64,000 nucleotides of DNA, from contig NC_043012.1 of NCBI RefSeq assembly GCF_006345805.1, forward strand, positions 7,564,001 to 7,628,000, given 5' to 3'. Positions 59,601-64,000 of this stretch are shown here, piece by piece (the first letter of the stretch is position 1; each line of letters starts with the position of its first letter). This stretch comes from Octopus sinensis (Eukaryota). A program made the translations under genes and the position numbers. Under the pieces are notes generated by a model. It was given only the letters and a program-made list of their open reading frames with translations. It was not told where the DNA came from and ran no database searches.

Positions 59601-62600
59601 AATATATATATAGAGAGAGAGAGAGGAGGGAAAAAATGAAATGAAATGAAAGGTGAAAAAAAAGACTGGTTTACATACTTCAAATGTGTTTTAAAGACGA
59701 AGGCAGTAGAAAACTGCGGATATAGAAAATATCTTTATATGTTTCTGTCTCTTTTCTTTTTTTTTTTTTTTTTTTTTTGCTCCTCACTCTGTGTCTCTAT
59801 GTATGTAAAAGTATATATATATATGTGTATATATATGTATATAAGATCTCTGTTGTTGGAGTTTGTAGTGTTGAGTCGGGCCGAACTAGATTTGAGGACT
59901 CCGTACGAGGCGAACGACCTTAGCACGAGTGTGTGTTGGTAAAAGTGTGTCTAAGAAGAAGAAGCAGCAACTGTAAAATGGCCGAACTGTGGGGAGGATT
60001 GACCTGTTTAGCTCGGCCCCTTACCTACTCTACAAATAACATCGCCGATCACATAATACATCTACACACAAATACGATATTATTTTTTAAAAATCAATAT
60101 TTTTATATATAAATCGCAGAAAATAAATAAAGTTTCAATGAATATACAATAGTTTTTTTTTCTAATTTTTAAATATTCATTTAAATATTATTCATTCGTT
60201 TATGGATTATCGTTCGTGGAGGCTTTTTTTGAGAACGTGAGAACGTATATGAACCAAGAAATACGGAACTTCTGCTTTTTTCCTTGATATATTTTAAATT
60301 TCATTGAAAATTTTCCACTGAGAAATTTATATTATTAAAAAAAAAGAATAATTATAAATATATATAGATATATACACACATACACACACGTACGTACGTA
60401 TATACATATATATGTATATTATGTGTGTAGATATGTACAACTTCCGTTATATTCGCACCGATTCAATTTTATTTATTCTTGTCTCAAAATCACGTTCAAT
60501 AACCAATATTGTTTTCTTTTTTAATATTCAAGTTCTTTTATTAGTAAAATCCGATTCGTAATTATCGTCACAGCAAAATACTTTTAACGTAAAAAAATCT
60601 CAAAGAGGGGGAGTAGTCGGAGTAGCGTCGAGTGAAGGAGTTGCACTGGGTTTTTCGATAGAACGTAAGTGGCCTTAACCATGAGTGGCTCGCCATTCGA
60701 ATGGCCGGTGGAATGTCCAACGAAGACAAACATTCCACTGTATTAACAAGGATGCTCCTACACGACCACTGCCAATATCCTAGTTGCACTTTAACTCTCT
60801 GCCACGTTAACTCCACTGGCTGTAATACCGCTACTGCTACGACTACTTGTGGACGAGGTGATGTACAATGGCTAGTTCCATGTTCTTTAAACAATTTGAT
60901 GACAATTTCTACCTGACTTCTTCTTATATATTATTATTATATATATATATATCTTTTCTTTTTCCTCTTTCTATTCTCTTTTCGTCTGTTCATGTTTCGT
61001 TATTTATTAAATATTTCTAAGATGTTTGCCCACAGCCGGGACACATGTTCATCACTCTTGTACCGACTTCTATGTAAATATAACTAATAACTTCCATATT
61101 TATTTACATGTGCTGTTTGTTGTTTATATACTGTCAAAACCATAACACAGCTTAACTTTCCATCTTCATATCTGTTTGATATGTGTTTTACCTTTCTTTT
61201 ATTATCAGTTTCATACCTGTTACATGTCATGCTATATACTTGTGTGACATACACATACTCAATTACATTATATACACACACTCGTACTCGCATAGGTATA
61301 ATTAATTGGGAATGGTATACACATAATTAACAACTTACCTGATAGGTATTAACAGACACATACTTACACATACATACACGTGATGTAATAGATAGACACA
61401 CGTGACACATAGACATGTCATACATACATGATCTCATACACTGTGACATGATATACGCGTATACACATGGACATAACATTAGACACACCCAGATGGACTT
61501 GGCGTAATATACACACACGAAGCGTAGATATGATGTAATATACACATATGGACATGATACTTATACACATGTACACACACATACGTAATTACATGACATA
61601 CACGAAGAGGGACCTACATGCATATAGATAACATTAGCTAAAAGGATCAGCCTCCTGATGTAGTAATACATAAACATTTAACCCAGGAACAGTGACCCCT
61701 TTGTTAAAGGGTGATGGATAGCCCAATGATTTTGATCATGATTCCCTCTATAATATCTTTGTCACTCTCTATGAGTGACCCTTGTATCAATGGAAAAGCA
61801 AAGTTGATCTTAACAACGTATTCAAAAGATTCCTAAAAGGCATTTACGACACCATCCCTTTCTTCAATGGTATTTGATATCGCTTACTCATGAGGGCTTT
61901 TCTTTTTCCTGTCCTCGACTGTCATGCAACTTAAATGATGACCTCACGAAAAGTACACCCAGTACACTGTGTTAGGTGGTTGATGTTAGGAGGGTATTCT
62001 ACTGTAGAAACCGTGTCATGACTGATACTGGAGCTTGGCACAGCCCCTTGGCTTGCCACATTCTATCAAACCATGCAACCCATGCCAGCATGGACACAAC
62101 AGTCACTAAATGATCATGATACACGCAGGTGTGTACACAGACATACACACACAACACAATTAGGGTTTTAAGAGTGTCCTATTAAAATGTTTTATGGGAT
62201 TTGTTCCAGTACCTGAGTCAACCATTCTGGGTTCAGTGAATTAAATGCCAGATCAGAATGGTGAACTAATGGAATGGTAGAGCAAGATAATTTGCGAGTA
62301 TCTCTTTTGAATGTGTTCTGCATTCAAATATTGCTTCCTATCACCAAAATGAGAGTCATTTGGGAGCCCATCACAAGCCCCCAGTAGGCTGGGGAAGTCC
62401 TTATGTAACCAAAGTATTTCAGCTGATAACTCTTACTGCCAACATACCAGGTGGCAGAAGATAATGTAAAGTGATTTTCAAGTTTTGTTTTCCCCAACCA
62501 AATTGTTTTAATGTCTACTTTTTCCATGCTTATGATGAAATTCATAGAGGCAGATTTTCTAAAGCTGGATGCTTTTCCTGATATCAACCCTCACCTGCCT

Positions 62601-63032
62601 ATAAATAAGATATTTTCCCTAGTCCTTCAAACATGAACAGCATAATGGCTGTACATGTATTGATGGGAGATTGCAAACAAATGACACTGTTTGTATGATG
62701 GTAACACTTGTTTAAAGCAGTTCATACATGTTAAGACTTGGAGGCAATGGAAAATAAATGTCTGACCTGATAACTTCAGTGAAGCCAACAACAACACCGC
62801 ACATTTATGTGAAGACAAATTAAGGTAAAACATACATGAGTCCACCCATGGTGCATGTCCATTCATTGGTCAGAATACACACCATGTTCACTGATTGGTT
62901 CAATTTCAAATCAGTTTTTCCTTAACAGAGACATGTACTGCAATACCAGTTGGTCATGCTGTTACTGTTATCAACGACCTGGACAATACCAAAGTGCATT
63001 GTGTGTGGTACATACATTCTGCTTGAATTCGA

Positions 63033-63066
<34 letters not shown>

Positions 63067-63067
63067 A

Positions 63068-63446
63068 GGCGCAGGAGTGGCTGTGTGGTAAGTAGCTTGC
63101 TAACCAACCACATGGTTCCGGGTTCGGTCCCACTGCGTGGCATCTTGGGCAAGTGTCTTCTGCTATAGCCCCGGGCCGACCAATGCCTTGTGAGTGGATT
63201 TGGTAGACAGAAACTGATAGAAGCCTGTCGTCTATATGTATGTGTTTGTCCCCCTAGCGTTGCTTGACAACCGATGCTGGTGTGTTTACGTCCCCGTAAC
63301 TTAGCGGTTCGGCAAAAGAGACCGATAGAATAAGTACTGGGCTTACAAAGAATAAGTCCCGGGGTCGATTTGCTCGACTAAAGGCAGTGCTCCAGCATGG
63401 CCGCAGTCAAATGACTGAAACAAGTAAAAGAAAAGAATAAAGAATA
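63068..63446 (+). mobile_element. SINE family A
   Basis: Matches consensus. Confidence 0.9.
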
Positions 63447-63847
63447 TATGTGTGTATAATACTATGTGGCTGTTGGTCATAATGCCGGGGTGCATTGCTA
63501 GTACATTGTTATATTAGTTAAAGATTCAGGTAAAAACCTTGTAGAAAACTATGCACAGTTGTGGTTTTAAGTTTTGCCTGTAAACTGCTGAAAATGATAC
63601 CTTAGTTTGGATATATATTCTCACACTGAGTGAAATGACTGTACAGCTAATGAAGGCCTTATTTAAACAATCACCTGAGATGGTGCATTTTACATATGGA
63701 TGTATGATAATGGTTACACAACATCTCACTGATGTACTACAAGTGTAAAAATATGTTGAAACAATAGTAGTGATTTCAAATTAAGAATGTTGTTCATTCC
63801 ATTTTCTGTCACTTATCTATTTGTCTATATTATATATATATATATAT

Positions 63848-63978
63848 ATCATCATCATCATCGTTTAACGTCCGCTTTCCATGCTAGCATGGGTTGGACA
63901 GTTCAACAGGTTTTGGAAGCCAGGAGGCTGCACCAGGCCCAGTCTGAACTGGCAGTGTTTCTACAGCTGGATGCCCTT
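63848..63978 (-). mobile_element. 3' end of a fourth SINE family (D) with an (ATG)n tail
   Basis: (CAT)n-CGTTTAACGTCCGCTTTCCATGCTAGCATGGGTTGGAC; degraded relatives near 31140-31320 and 62070-62120. Confidence 0.65.
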
Positions 63979-64000
63979 ACACACACACACACTACAATAG

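Noticed and set aside
60568-60916. 108-aa minus-strand and 71-aa plus-strand ORFs
   Set aside because: No recognisable domain and no convincing splice context; treated as non-coding regulatory or UTR sequence.

Overview
AT-rich, microsatellite- and SINE-dense animal genomic DNA. An octopod cephalopod is inferred from the SINE families and simple-repeat load and is not verified. The main gene is hnRNP K on the minus strand. I traced 14 coding exons by GT-AG boundaries and phase (48418 to 34268, 431 aa, three KH domains plus an RGG/proline-rich linker). Its last intron holds a pre-miR-7 hairpin (about 37190-37280), the same host arrangement known for human HNRNPK/miR-7-1 and Drosophila bancal/mir-7. 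The best novelty candidate is that this hairpin also reads as a complete in-frame 39-nt cassette exon. A non-canonical base in mature miR-7 creates a CUAAU branch point, the U-rich miRNA tail acts as the polypyrimidine tract, the AG lies in the loop, and a GTAAGT donor lies in the basal stem. The KH1 introns carry C-rich tracts and PTC-containing candidate exons that suggest autoregulation. The left 31 kb is a transposon field: a frameshifted Helitron Rep-helicase with related non-autonomous copies, at least four SINE families, RTE and CR1/L2-like LINE remnants, several MITEs, a 5x internally amplified SINE, and a perfect 172-bp palindrome. A 100-N assembly gap lies at 16831-16930. Most ORFs in the supplied track are microsatellite or SINE artefacts.
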